Shown piece after piece: positions 34,434-41,915 of a stretch of DNA of 64,000 nucleotides (its first letter is position 1; every line of letters begins with the position of its first letter). The position numbers and the translations under genes were made by a program. Source of the DNA: a virus; the IMG/VR virus record IMGVR_UViG_3300020451_000152, positions 10,263 to 74,262 of that record; one strand, written 5' to 3'. Below the pieces are notes generated by a model. The model searched no databases. It saw only the letters and a list, made by a program, of their open reading frames with translations, and was not told where the DNA came from.

Positions 34434-34829
34434 TTACCTGGTTGCTTCTAATAAGAAGGAAAATTCTGTTATTGGTATCTCTTCACCTACAATATCAAAG
34501 GCAATTTTGATCTCAAATGCATTTTCATCGGGTCTGGGAACCGCTTGCACCTTAGTATTAGTCACTCTAGGTTCAAAAACCTTTAAAATATCAATAATTT
34601 GAGTTGCAATTATACTACCAGTTGCAACATCAACAAAACCAAATAGACTATTAGTGACATCTGACCCCAAATCGGAATAAAATCTTTCTTTTAGACCAGT
34701 CTGAACCAAATTACGCACACTACGAACAATCGCTCTCTCATTTTTTAGTACATTTAGGTCTCCTGTAACAGGATTTGGTACAAATGAAAGATCTATATCC
34801 TTATATGAGCGAGATTTTAAGGTCGTCAC
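34434..34829 (-). CDS. gp25: Baseplate wedge subunit gp25
   Basis: YKDIDLSF..NPVTGD...AI.RSVRNLV.T...ER...GS...FEPRV. GTG start, with TATAAATA upstream. Confidence 0.9.
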   Translation of the reverse strand: MTTLKSRSYKDIDLSFVPNPVTGDLNVLKNERAIVRSVRNLVQTGLKERFYSDLGSDVTNSLFGFVDVATGSIIATQIIDILKVFEPRVTNTKVQAVPRPDENAFEIKIAFDIVGEEIPITEFSFLLEATR

Positions 34830-34854
34830 CAGTATTAATAACAGGTATCAGGTT

Positions 34855-34862
34855 TATTTATA
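34855..34862 (-). promoter_or_regulatory. T4-type late promoter TATAAATA upstream of gp25
   Basis: Exact T4 late consensus on the minus strand, ~25 nt before the gp25 start. Confidence 0.8.
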
Positions 34863-34872
34863 CGCTATTTTC

Positions 34873-35250
34873 TCAATTCCATCTAGTGACAGTTAATTCA
34901 ATGCTATTATCATCCATCTCCCACTCCTCTACTACCTGCCATCCTTCTTCCTTCATAGTATTATGTACAGTCATTCTGGCATATTGTTGAGTTACCTTCT
35001 CAATAAATCTTTTTGGTGGTACAGGACTTTTCCAAGTCTGTATATCTGCTACTAATTCATACTCTGTACCATTCCAACGGAATCCAATATCATTACCTAT
35101 TGCTAGATCAACCTTTACCTTTTCATGTTGATGATCTATAGGGTTAATTAATAGTTGATCCTCCTGTACATCGTACTGAAGGATCTCTAGTGCTTCGATT
35201 AAAGCAGGTTTATTTGTTATCTTAGTCTTTATCTTACTGAAATGCGACAT
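34873..35250 (-). CDS. ycf35: DUF1257 / Ycf35-like protein
   Basis: MSHFSKIKT...L..AL..L...DIGFRWNG..YELVAD...W....F...VTQQYA...G.QV.E pattern. Likely start is Met3 of the tracked ORF. Confidence 0.85.
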   Translation of the reverse strand: MSHFSKIKTKITNKPALIEALEILQYDVQEDQLLINPIDHQHEKVKVDLAIGNDIGFRWNGTEYELVADIQTWKSPVPPKRFIEKVTQQYARMTVHNTMKEEGWQVVEEWEMDDNSIELTVTRWN

Positions 35251-35456
35251 TAGCAACCTTCTGAGTCGTGTACAAATTCTTCAACTGTTTCAGTCTCGTA
35301 AAAGGCAGGAGTAAAATCCCTAAACAATACATTACCAAGTTCATCTTCTACACCTTTAGTTATTTCTAAACATTGACTACCAGTTACACCAGATGTCTCT
35401 ACTGAGACTACACCATCTTGACGAATGGAATACTTGACTGTTTGTTGTTTTGACAT
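35250..35456 (-). CDS. DUF2997 family protein
   Basis: QTVKYSIRQDG.V...GVTGSQCLEITKGVEDELG.V.....TPAFY. Usual partner of DUF1257. Confidence 0.8.
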   Translation of the reverse strand: MSKQQTVKYSIRQDGVVSVETSGVTGSQCLEITKGVEDELGNVLFRDFTPAFYETETVEEFVHDSEGC

Positions 35457-35485
35457 AACTAAAAAAGTGGATGTGTGTTATTTAG

Positions 35486-35647
35486 TCACCAAGTTTTAGA
35501 GTGAGTGTTTACATCACCTTCAACATGGTTATGATCTATCTCATCTATGTGAGCGTGTTCTATATTGAAATGCTCTAAAGCATTTGCAATTCGTTCGAGT
35601 GCATCAGCAATGCGAACTATTTCAAGTGTTTGATAATCTCCACTCAT
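35486..35647 (-). CDS. Small His/acid-rich hypothetical protein (53 aa)
   Basis: Manual translation MSGDYQTLEIVRIADALERIANALEHFNIEHAHIDEIDHNHVEGDVNTHSKTW. ATGA overlap with the upstream ORF. Confidence 0.65.
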   Translation of the reverse strand: MSGDYQTLEIVRIADALERIANALEHFNIEHAHIDEIDHNHVEGDVNTHSKTW

Positions 35648-35853
35648 GAATTTGCTTCCTTCAATGCTTCAACTATAATTCTTTTAAGTTGATTTGCTTT
35701 TTTCTTACCAAGTCCTGCTCTTGTGTCTATCTTTACTTTGACCCAATAGAGTCCTATAAGAACAAGTACAAAAGGAATAGAATCTTCCCATGAGATTTCA
35801 TTCCATGCTTCCACGACATTCAACATTGCCATGTATTCACCTGGTCCAATCAT
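35644..35853 (-). CDS. Small membrane hypothetical protein
   Basis: One hydrophobic segment (IPFVLVLIGLYWV) followed by a basic tail. Confidence 0.65.
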   Translation of the reverse strand: MIGPGEYMAMLNVVEAWNEISWEDSIPFVLVLIGLYWVKVKIDTRAGLGKKKANQLKRIIVEALKEANS

Positions 35854-35993
35854 TTTCCTTGTCCTCTATAAGGTTTACGAGCCGAGTTTCGGGCGGTAGG
35901 GGAATTTTTTGTATTCTTAGAATTACCCTGTCTGGTCTTCTTTTGATGAGTTTGAATATGAGTCCCTGTTGGACTCGTGTACATTGTTGCCAT
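35850..35993 (-). CDS. Small basic conserved phage protein (47 aa)
   Basis: Manual translation MATMYTSPTGTHIQTHQKKTRQGNSKNTKNSPTARNSARKPYRGQGK. The KKTRQG...YRGQG(K/R) pattern is common in marine T4-like phages. Confidence 0.7.
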   Translation of the reverse strand: MATMYTSPTGTHIQTHQKKTRQGNSKNTKNSPTARNSARKPYRGQGK

Positions 35994-36147
35994 AAGTTTC
36001 GTGTGAAATAGAATCTGGGTGTGGATACCCTACCTCATAATAACATTGAGATAGTTCCACCATTTTATCCATAAAATCCTCTTCAGAGAGATCTGTGTAG
36101 ACCTCTCCGTCCTTGATAGTAATCTTATATAACTCGTTGCTTTTCAT
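35923..36147 (-). CDS. Hypothetical protein
   Basis: Acidic ORF, likely start MKSNELY. Its 3' end overlaps the next gene by ~70 nt. Confidence 0.5.
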   Translation of the reverse strand: MKSNELYKITIKDGEVYTDLSEEDFMDKMVELSQCYYEVGYPHPDSISHETYGNNVHESNRDSYSNSSKEDQTG

Positions 36148-36880
36148 GTCCCACTCTAATACGAGGGTCACACCAGATCTCGAATCCTGCTTCTAGAGCA
36201 TCGAGACAGAATGATACATCTTCTCCACACATATCTTGTACCTCTCCAGACTCAAAGACTTGCATCTTAGGTGCGAACCAAGGATACTTCATCTCTTCAT
36301 GTTCCCATACACCATTCTTGATGAGTACCCAACCAAATCCTGTATAGTCTACAGTAAAAGGTTTGCGTCTCTTAGACATAGTTTCTCCAGTCTCATGATT
36401 CATAACTCCACCGTTGTTACGGAAGTTATCCTCATCCAACCAGTGTGCTACAGAGGTAGTCTGACCATCTTCGGTCATATACCATCCTGCTGCGATATCC
36501 TGATCCATGAGAACGAGTTGAAGGAACTTCTCAGTGTTAAAGACAATATCACTATCGATCCATAACTGGTAGTCGTACTTAAGTTTACCATCCCAAGGAA
36601 TCTGGTCTGGTCCTCTTAGTACATTTGCTCCAAGACACTTACAACGAGCAAAGTTAACCATGCTGCTATAGTCTTGGGATATCTGAATACTAACTCCATG
36701 CTGAACTAAGTCAAAGCAGAGTTGTACAAAATTCTTTAAGAATACATATGAACACCCACGACCAGGCATGCAGAATACTAGGTTTTTACCCTTTAGCTTC
36801 TCCCATGCCAGATCATAGTCCCATTCTTGTTGTTGTTTCTTAGGCGGGTTTTTCGCCTTAACAGTAAATCCTTTAGCCAT
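36125..36880 (-). CDS. Glycosyltransferase-like (GT-A fold) conserved cyanophage protein
   Basis: WIDSDIVF (DxD), YTGFGWVLIK, GEDVSFC, IWCDPRIRVGHEK. Confidence 0.7.
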   Translation of the reverse strand: MAKGFTVKAKNPPKKQQQEWDYDLAWEKLKGKNLVFCMPGRGCSYVFLKNFVQLCFDLVQHGVSIQISQDYSSMVNFARCKCLGANVLRGPDQIPWDGKLKYDYQLWIDSDIVFNTEKFLQLVLMDQDIAAGWYMTEDGQTTSVAHWLDEDNFRNNGGVMNHETGETMSKRRKPFTVDYTGFGWVLIKNGVWEHEEMKYPWFAPKMQVFESGEVQDMCGEDVSFCLDALEAGFEIWCDPRIRVGHEKQRVI

Positions 36881-36902
36881 AATGTTTTACTAGGACATCA
36901 TT

Positions 36903-36931
36903 ATTATAACAGATTATATATGCCTAGTCAA
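36903..36931 (-). promoter_or_regulatory. sigma70-type promoter TTGACT-17-TATAAT
   Basis: TTGACT AGGCATATATAATCTGT TATAAT on the minus strand, just upstream of the GT-like gene. Confidence 0.75.
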
Positions 36932-37095
36932 TATGACGCTTCATCGTAGTCATCTTCGGTTAACTTCACAATAGTAAGTTCATCATATTTGTTAACTCGC
37001 TCTTTAAGTTTTTGTATTAACTGATCTTCATCTAGATTAATTAGATCACTAACTGGAGTGCTATCCTTATCGTAGACATGGAATGAAGTATTCAT
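36928..37095 (-). CDS. Small acidic hypothetical protein (55 aa)
   Basis: Manual translation MNTSFHVYDKDSTPVSDLINLDEDQLIQKLKERVNKYDELTIVKLTEDDYDEASY. ATGA overlap with the upstream gene. Confidence 0.65.
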   Translation of the reverse strand: MNTSFHVYDKDSTPVSDLINLDEDQLIQKLKERVNKYDELTIVKLTEDDYDEASY

Positions 37096-37559
37096 TTTAG
37101 TTTAAACGCTAGTGTGATTCTCATGGGGCATGCTTGGTGCGAGAATGAATATCCTTTGTGAGGAATATTGCCGTCAAAGACTATGAGACGGTTCTGTACA
37201 GGTGGAATAATAATTTGTTCACTACCTTGAAGTAGTTGTGTGAATCCACCCCATTCAGGCAAACAAGGTACAATGTATAATAACACGGTTTGCTCACAAT
37301 TATCTATATGAATAGTACCATCTCTACCTGGCCATTGTCCATTGAAGTATATCCTCTCTAATCTATTAGGTGTCTTAACAACTTTATCAATTTGCCCCTT
37401 TAAGTAACTATTATAATATTCTTGATCTGTAACATCATACTCTAAGAAATCTAAACCTGTACCATTGCTAGTTTGAATTCGCCATTGAACATCATTCGTA
37501 TCTTCTATTACTCTCTCTAAATCTTTCGTACTTAAGAAGTTGTCATATTGTTCAATCAT
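37092..37559 (-). CDS. 2OG-Fe(II) oxygenase
   Basis: HxD (IHID), WGG, NRLIVFDG.IPHKG and a distal Arg (MRITLAFK). Confidence 0.85.
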   Translation of the reverse strand: MIEQYDNFLSTKDLERVIEDTNDVQWRIQTSNGTGLDFLEYDVTDQEYYNSYLKGQIDKVVKTPNRLERIYFNGQWPGRDGTIHIDNCEQTVLLYIVPCLPEWGGFTQLLQGSEQIIIPPVQNRLIVFDGNIPHKGYSFSHQACPMRITLAFKLK

Positions 37560-37737
37560 CAGTCTCTAGATAAACACCATCACCTTGGAGTGATATAAAG
37601 ATATCGGTATCTTCGTACCAATTCATTTCATTAACTATTTGTTCTGGAATAGAAAGTATATATTCATCTGTTACTGAATCGACCCTGAGAGATATTTGTA
37701 TTTTGGAATATTTTTTCACTATATCGTGGACTGACAT
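37552..37737 (-). CDS. AbrB/MazE-like small DNA-binding protein
   Basis: YILSIPEQIVNEMNW.E.T.I.I......V.L swapped-hairpin pattern. Confidence 0.55.
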   Translation of the reverse strand: MSVHDIVKKYSKIQISLRVDSVTDEYILSIPEQIVNEMNWYEDTDIFISLQGDGVYLETDD

Positions 37738-37973
37738 TATGTTTTTATATATCAGAAATTTTTTTTATAGATTGATATCACTCTCTCGAATTGGGTCGTT
37801 TATAGCTTAAGAAGGTTCCTTCGTTTTAAACACGATATAACATAAGAACGAAAAACACTGTGGTTCGTTGATACTTAGTGCGTCTCACAGTTCTTATAAC
37901 ATAAGACTGCTAATCACATAATGCTCGGTGTTACTTAGAGTGTCATGATTACCTCTGTTGTTTGTTATACTTT

Positions 37974-38002
37974 ATTATAACATAATACTCACAGACTGTC
38001 AA
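37974..38002 (-). promoter_or_regulatory. Perfect sigma70 promoter TTGACA-17-TATAAT (with TG extension)
   Basis: TTGACA GTCTGTGAGTATTATGT TATAAT read on the minus strand. Confidence 0.85.
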
Positions 38003-38079
38003 CAACTGTGCAGGTCTTATGTATTAACAATTGCATAAGGATTTAAAGGACTGTGTGTTACAAACTGTGTGTCCCCTAC

Positions 38080-38108
38080 TTGACATTCTGCGATCCTCAT
38101 GTTACGCT
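38080..38108 (+). promoter_or_regulatory. Divergent plus-strand sigma70-like promoter TTGACA-17-TACGCT (TGn extended -10)
   Basis: Exact -35 and a 17-nt spacer; the -10 keeps T1, A2 and T6. No ORF follows on this strand. Confidence 0.5.
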
Positions 38109-38227
38109 CCCTTAACTAACAACATAATGACGCAATTAGACCCCTTAGAGTGTCATTTAGTGACCTTACAGTTAATAACAATAAACAACGCATATATGTT
38201 TATTTAAGTATTTAAAATAAATGCGTA

Positions 38228-38261
38228 GTTTTCCACAGATACTTATTACATTGTGGAAAAC
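38228..38261. repeat. 10-bp inverted repeat GTTTTCCACA-N14-TGTGGAAAAC (two DnaA-box-like 9-mers)
   Basis: Directly visible; next to an AT-rich tract at 38170-38222. Confidence 0.7.
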
Positions 38262-38295
38262 ACTTATTGTTACTTAGTGGGGCAATCTCTCAAAC

Positions 38296-38568
38296 TCATT
38301 GTGTATCAAGGGGTCTGTACATTTGAGACTTATATGCACTTAGTGTGGAATCTTCTGCGGTATTGTTGTTAACAACTAACTCGCAATCCTTCCATTGGTG
38401 AGTATACACTAGCATAGCAACTTTACAAGTTGGGAATAAACTATGCTCACAATGTGATGGTCTTTCACTAACACAAAAGGTTATGTAATCGTCTCCAACA
38501 AATTGTACATCACCTATAATATTATCATACTTGATTGTTACTCCGATTTGGAATTGTTCTCTCTGCAT
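38296..38568 (-). CDS. Hypothetical protein
   Basis: 90-aa ORF in the early island. Confidence 0.65.
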   Translation of the reverse strand: MQREQFQIGVTIKYDNIIGDVQFVGDDYITFCVSERPSHCEHSLFPTCKVAMLVYTHQWKDCELVVNNNTAEDSTLSAYKSQMYRPLDTQ

Positions 38569-38732
38569 GTTACTAACTGGTGTAAGGTAGATGATAATAA
38601 GTCTTCAACATGTGCAGGTAATGTTGTACCTTTTCCATTCCAAATTGTTTGGTATTGTAGTAAGATAGCGTGGGTAAATGACAATTGATTGTGTGATAAT
38701 TCAACTGTGTAATTAGATGTTTTAGATGTCAT
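38538..38732 (-). CDS. Hypothetical protein
   Basis: 64 aa; GGAG Shine-Dalgarno before the ATG. Confidence 0.6.
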   Translation of the reverse strand: MTSKTSNYTVELSHNQLSFTHAILLQYQTIWNGKGTTLPAHVEDLLSSTLHQLVTCRENNSKSE

Positions 38733-38893
38733 TTAGCACTCCTATTCTTATAGGTATCATAATCGTTAGGGGGCGAAATCGGGCGTGACTCGGTGTTACT
38801 AACTGGATCATAGATATGATCTGGAAAGTGTTTAAAATACTCTAGGATTTGATCATAGTTAGTAATAAGAACTCGATCAGGATTAGTGTTCAT
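38729..38893 (-). CDS. Hypothetical protein (54 aa)
   Basis: Manual translation MNTNPDRVLITNYDQILEYFKHFPDHIYDPVSNTESRPISPPNDYDTYKNRSAK. ATGA overlap with the next gene. Confidence 0.55.
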   Translation of the reverse strand: MNTNPDRVLITNYDQILEYFKHFPDHIYDPVSNTESRPISPPNDYDTYKNRSAK

Positions 38894-38929
38894 AGATTGT
38901 TAATTAGTTTAATTAATTAGTGTGTGATT

Positions 38930-38963
38930 GATAATAATAAAGAGGGGGCAATATGCCCCTCTA
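38930..38963 (-). terminator. Stem-loop / probable intrinsic terminator
   Basis: AGAGGGGCA-TAT-TGCCCC(C)TCT hairpin followed by TTATTATTAT on the minus strand, right after the stop at 38966. Confidence 0.6.
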
Positions 38964-38965
38964 AA

Positions 38966-39262
38966 TTAACTCTCTGATAATGATTTTAACTCTAGGTTAA
39001 TAACATCGAAGTCATTACTCATTATATCACATAGTTGGTTTAATTGCTTAACCCCACTAGCATATAAGTGAAACAATTGATCAACCTCGTCATCATCATC
39101 AACCATCACTATGTTACAATCTTCCTGCTCATATTTAGAAACAAAGTTAATAATAGATGCAGTAGATTTGTCATAGAAATCAACAAGAATCTCAGCACAA
39201 TAACCATCAAAAAAGTTAATGTCTTTTGATAATTTGTCGAGGGTTAAAGAGTTTCTAGGCAT
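38966..39262 (-). CDS. Hypothetical acidic protein
   Basis: 98 aa; GGAG Shine-Dalgarno upstream. Confidence 0.7.
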   Translation of the reverse strand: MPRNSLTLDKLSKDINFFDGYCAEILVDFYDKSTASIINFVSKYEQEDCNIVMVDDDDEVDQLFHLYASGVKQLNQLCDIMSNDFDVINLELKSLSES

Positions 39263-39266
39263 GTAA

Positions 39267-39377
39267 TTACTCTCCTACAAGTTCATTTAGTACTCGCAAT
39301 ACATCTTCACCAGTTTTACACTCATAGAAGAATGATTCAATGTCGATGTTAGCGAAAGGAACAGATTGTGCGAACAT
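39267..39377 (-). CDS. Small hypothetical protein (36 aa)
   Basis: Manual translation MFAQSVPFANIDIESFFYECKTGEDVLRVLNELVGE. Confidence 0.5.
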   Translation of the reverse strand: MFAQSVPFANIDIESFFYECKTGEDVLRVLNELVGE

Positions 39378-39482
39378 GATAATAAAATGAAACAACAAAA
39401 AAACTGGACTTACACTCAATGATTGTTGGCAATGCTAACTCCTTTGCGAAGTCTAATTATGCCCCATTGGATGCCAGAAGAG

Positions 39483-39800
39483 TTAGTTTAAACCTAACTC
39501 AAAACCATTTACGAAATCTTCAGTAAGGTTCTTGTAACCTACGAACCACTCAAATTGCTTTTGAAATACTCTAGCACCATAAGAAAACTCATCTAATAGT
39601 GCATTGAGTCTAGACTTAGTGGTGACTGACTGCCAACCGCCATCGAATAAAAGAATCGAATTGTCTTTAACTGTAGCAATGTGGTTACCATGAAGATAGA
39701 TCATTGAACCAGTCTCATCAGATTTTACCATAGTGTTGGATGATGAGAAGTTAGAACGGTTTCTAACTGCTGAATTCATTTGTCTTTCGATCTTTCTCAT
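39483..39800 (-). CDS. Conserved phage hypothetical protein
   Basis: MRKIERQM...IYLHGNHIA...DGGWQSVTTKSRLNALL...VFQKQFEWFV, a family seen among phage early genes. Directly behind a palindrome promoter. Confidence 0.8.
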   Translation of the reverse strand: MRKIERQMNSAVRNRSNFSSSNTMVKSDETGSMIYLHGNHIATVKDNSILLFDGGWQSVTTKSRLNALLDEFSYGARVFQKQFEWFVGYKNLTEDFVNGFELGLN

Positions 39801-39831
39801 AGAGTTGTGAATGATGTTTGTTTATACTATT

Positions 39832-39889
39832 ATTATAGTGGGTTTTGGGGGTCAGTGGGGTGAGTGTGTACCACTTTGTCCACTGGCAC
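39832..39889 (-). promoter_or_regulatory. Early promoter cassette 1: palindrome GTGCCAGT-N6-AGTGGTAC + 30 nt + TATAAT
   Basis: Box 39868-39889; -10 at 39832-39837. Confidence 0.85.
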
Positions 39890-39890
39890 A

Positions 39891-40205
39891 CTAGACCCCT
39901 TGGTCTAGCAATAAATCTTTAAGATAGTCCTCGGCACACTCTTGTGCTTCGTAGATATCATAAAATTGACCTAAGTGCACACTGTCACCAGTTAAGCAAC
40001 CGTTATAAGTGTAGTTCATTGTCTGAACTACAAAACGATCTGCACCATAGTGGTAGATCGCTAGATTTGGATCTAGATCATTATTTCTAGTATATTTGTC
40101 AAACATATTTGAAGAGAATGTTTTCTCATACTCAAAATTGAGATAGTCATCAGTTAAATCGATTGACTGAGAGAAGAGAGATTTAGTTGTATTTGAATTG
40201 TTCAT
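39891..40205 (-). CDS. Hypothetical protein (start revised to MNNSNTT)
   Basis: The tracked N-terminal extension runs across the promoter. The ATG at 40205 is 6 nt after TATAAT. Confidence 0.65.
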   Translation of the reverse strand: MNNSNTTKSLFSQSIDLTDDYLNFEYEKTFSSNMFDKYTRNNDLDPNLAIYHYGADRFVVQTMNYTYNGCLTGDSVHLGQFYDIYEAQECAEDYLKDLLLDQGV

Positions 40206-40211
40206 ATCTCT

Positions 40212-40270
40212 ATTATACACACAAAAGGGGTCAGTTTGGGGGATTTGTGTGCCACTTTGTGCACTGTCAC
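40212..40270 (-). promoter_or_regulatory. Early promoter cassette 2: GTGACAGT-N6-AGTGGCAC + 31 nt + TATAAT
   Basis: Box 40249-40270; -10 at 40212-40217. Confidence 0.85.
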
Positions 40271-40506
40271 CAACAGGGGTCATCTTCCTCCTCAAATGAT
40301 ATAGGATTAAAAGAATCAAACTCTAGTTTGTATCCTATAACTTTTGCATCTTCATATAGTTGGGTGTTCTTATCATAGTATGAAACATTACTATCAAGAT
40401 ATTCCTGGATATGTTTGCATAGTTGATAGGGGTTAATCTTATGATCATCGTTATCATTATTATCTAATGATATTCTTACATTAAGATTAACAAAATTGTT
40501 ACTCAT
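40267..40506 (-). CDS. Hypothetical protein
   Basis: Likely start MSNNFVNL, with GGGAGG upstream. Confidence 0.6.
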   Translation of the reverse strand: MSNNFVNLNVRISLDNNDNDDHKINPYQLCKHIQEYLDSNVSYYDKNTQLYEDAKVIGYKLEFDSFNPISFEEEDDPCW

Positions 40507-40660
40507 TAACAGCAACCTCCCACATATCACAATAAACTGTTAACCAGTTTCTTTGATCTTCTGTTAGAGTATCATCAGTGCATAGTAAATCATCAGCACT
40601 AATAAACTCTTTATTTTCTAAAGTGCACCAGTCTGATAACACTTCAGTCATAAATTCCAT
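40499..40660 (-). CDS. Small acidic hypothetical protein (53 aa)
   Basis: Manual translation MEFMTEVLSDWCTLENKEFISADDLLCTDDTLTEDQRNWLTVYCDMWEVAVNE; fills the gap. Confidence 0.55.
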   Translation of the reverse strand: MEFMTEVLSDWCTLENKEFISADDLLCTDDTLTEDQRNWLTVYCDMWEVAVNE

Positions 40661-40665
40661 TTTGC

Positions 40666-40848
40666 TCATTGACATAAATCCTCAAATCGTTTGGTGGTTT
40701 CTATCTCAATATCAGGGATAGTGCCTGTTTTTGAATTTTGTTCAAGTGCATATAACTGGTCATCGGTTAAATTGTTCTTGTTTCTATATTCTATCCATAC
40801 TTCATCATAGATTGTTTCTAATAGTGTTTCATGATGTAGAACTGACAT
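40666..40848 (-). CDS. Hypothetical protein
   Basis: 60 aa; GGAGG Shine-Dalgarno. Confidence 0.65.
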   Translation of the reverse strand: MSVLHHETLLETIYDEVWIEYRNKNNLTDDQLYALEQNSKTGTIPDIEIETTKRFEDLCQ

Positions 40849-41064
40849 TTATGCAACCTCCATAGTTCGATAGTCATTGACAACAGTTTTTTTACCATAG
40901 TTATCAATCAGAATTGTTCGATTAGTCTTAGGGGTGTAACCATGTTTGTCAGTTTCCCCTATGATGTAATTTACTAAAACTAAATGCTCTGTTTTGTAAC
41001 CAGTTTCATCAGTCATAATAACAACATCACCAACACCGATCTCTTTAGGTGAATTGTATTTCAT
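40849..41064 (-). CDS. Hypothetical protein
   Basis: 71 aa; GGAGG Shine-Dalgarno; coupled to its neighbours. Confidence 0.65.
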   Translation of the reverse strand: MKYNSPKEIGVGDVVIMTDETGYKTEHLVLVNYIIGETDKHGYTPKTNRTILIDNYGKKTVVNDYRTMEVA

Positions 41065-41282
41065 TATGCAACCTCCCTGATATATCCATTTTCTGATTTT
41101 ATGAACTGGTCTAGCATAGGAATATGTAGATCTGGATCATCAAAATCGATCTTAGCACATCCATCAACACCCCACTCTGCTAACTCTTGAACGAACTCAT
41201 CCCAATTAGCACAACAGCATGCCATATTTTGAAAATTGTCAACTTCGAGGATTCTGTTGATGATTGTTTGAGTTTTTGTCAT
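41064..41282 (-). CDS. Hypothetical protein (start revised to MTKTQT)
   Basis: The tracked extension spans the promoter at 41310-41367. Confidence 0.65.
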   Translation of the reverse strand: MTKTQTIINRILEVDNFQNMACCCANWDEFVQELAEWGVDGCAKIDFDDPDLHIPMLDQFIKSENGYIREVA

Positions 41283-41309
41283 AGTTTCTGAATTTCTTTG
41301 TATACTATT

Positions 41310-41367
41310 ATTATAGTGTATTTTGTGACCTATGCGAGGGATGTTGTGACACATATTTAACTGTCCT
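41310..41367 (-). promoter_or_regulatory. Early promoter cassette 3: AGGACAGT-N6-TGTGTCAC + 30 nt + TATAAT
   Basis: Box 41346-41367; -10 at 41310-41315. Confidence 0.8.
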
Positions 41368-41626
41368 AAAAGAATGATGGTGTTTTAGGTGTTACTGGTA
41401 ATTCTACCTTAGTAAATAATCTGTTCATGATATCTCTAACTCTCTCTCTGTCTAGTGAATCACCATTGCCCCATGTATAATCGGTTACATGATCTGATGC
41501 ACACATATCTAAGTGCATTAAAGTAGCGTATGCAATTTGTTCTTTAGTTCTCTGGTTCTCAGGGTAGATGCCATCTTTACCATAGAATGAAAGTACATAG
41601 TCAAGAAATTCTGCAAAGTTGTTCAT
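41366..41626 (-). CDS. Conserved phage hypothetical protein
   Basis: F.DYVLSFYG..GIY ... GDSLDRERVRDI pattern; AAGGAG Shine-Dalgarno. Confidence 0.75.
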   Translation of the reverse strand: MNNFAEFLDYVLSFYGKDGIYPENQRTKEQIAYATLMHLDMCASDHVTDYTWGNGDSLDRERVRDIMNRLFTKVELPVTPKTPSFF

Positions 41627-41650
41627 GTTTCTCCTTTGTTTGTTATCTTA

Positions 41651-41708
41651 ATTATAAAGGACTATGTACTAAATTAGTGCTATGATGTGACACTTTGATG
41701 ACTGGCAC
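41651..41708 (-). promoter_or_regulatory. Early promoter cassette 4: GTGCCAGT-N6-AGTGTCAC + 30 nt + TATAAT
   Basis: Box 41687-41708; -10 at 41651-41656. Confidence 0.85.
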
Positions 41709-41853
41709 TAGATGCTGCTATTTTATCAAGTTTGGTGATAATATCCTCTAGATCATCAAGTTCAACTTCAGTCAAATCTATTGCCATTTGTTCAATACAC
41801 CATAGCAAGAGATCCGCTTGATTTCGATCAACAGTGATTTCTGTTTGTGACAT
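41680..41853 (-). CDS. Hypothetical protein (start revised to MSQTEI)
   Basis: Follows the promoter at 41887-41915; AGGT upstream of the ATG. Confidence 0.6.
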   Translation of the reverse strand: MSQTEITVDRNQADLLLWCIEQMAIDLTEVELDDLEDIITKLDKIAASSASHQSVTS

Positions 41854-41886
41854 TTGGTGATTTACCTGATTTTTGATTGAGTTTGT

Positions 41887-41915
41887 ATTATACATCATAA
41901 GAACTCAAATATCAA
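41887..41915 (-). promoter_or_regulatory. sigma70-type promoter TTGATA-17-TATAAT
   Basis: Read directly. An imperfect palindrome TGTAA-N11-TTACA lies just upstream (~41925-41945). Confidence 0.6.

Noticed and set aside
37924-38800. 12-mer CTCGGTGTTACT at 37924 and 38789
   Set aside because: Only two copies with no consistent context; cannot be distinguished from chance.
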